Below are positions 63,916 to 64,000 of a DNA stretch of 64,000 bases, one piece after another (positions within the stretch are counted from its first letter, which is position 1; every line of letters starts with the position of its first letter). Origin of the DNA: Macrostomum lignano (Eukaryota); contig NIVC01000745.1 in the NCBI GenBank assembly GCA_002269645.1, positions 62,001 through 126,000 on the forward strand, given 5' to 3'. Position numbers and translations under genes: made by a program. Under the pieces are notes generated by a model that searched no databases, had not been told where the DNA came from, and saw only the letters and a program-made list of their open reading frames with translations.

Positions 63916-64000
63916 TGTACCTACTCTGTCAGCACAGCCCTCAACACAAACACAGCAAATCTTGGCTCAAAAAACACGTCAAGAATAGTAGTAAATGAAA

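Noticed and set aside
63930-64000. Possible next discoidin exon (…NLGSKNTSRIVVNE)
   Set aside because: The phase does not match donor 60271 with the obvious acceptors, and the window ends before it can be tested.

Overview
Intron-rich eukaryotic (metazoan) genomic DNA. The GC-rich exons and minisatellite-packed introns look most like a macrostomid flatworm such as Macrostomum; this is an inference and no search was run. Four spliced genes, all on the + strand, were reconstructed by hand with consistent intron phases: RCC1 (7117-9954), a TMEM268-like membrane protein (about 16231-29019), an ankyrin-repeat plus STE11/MAP3K-type kinase (30834-34681), and the 5' part of a secreted or receptor discoidin (F5/8C, DDR-like) gene (47746 to beyond 64000). 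Bases 1-5200 are a nest of decayed elements: a THAP/P-element, a MULE, a DD34D mariner with about 220-bp TIRs, and a tRNA-SINE. A 5'-truncated Penelope-like retroelement with a minimal hammerhead ribozyme and an internal MITE sits in the last TMEM268-like intron. About 40 different tandem arrays cover a large part of the window, and nearly all long ORFs in the supplied track are artefacts of them. The main observations: (1) every intron over 200 nt carries its own private minisatellite while the short introns carry none, and many arrays abut, resemble or literally duplicate splice signals; (2) all 17 transitions between the two mariner TIRs have the same strand polarity; (3) the ankyrin-MAP3K lacks the alphaC glutamate and has HWD in place of HRD.
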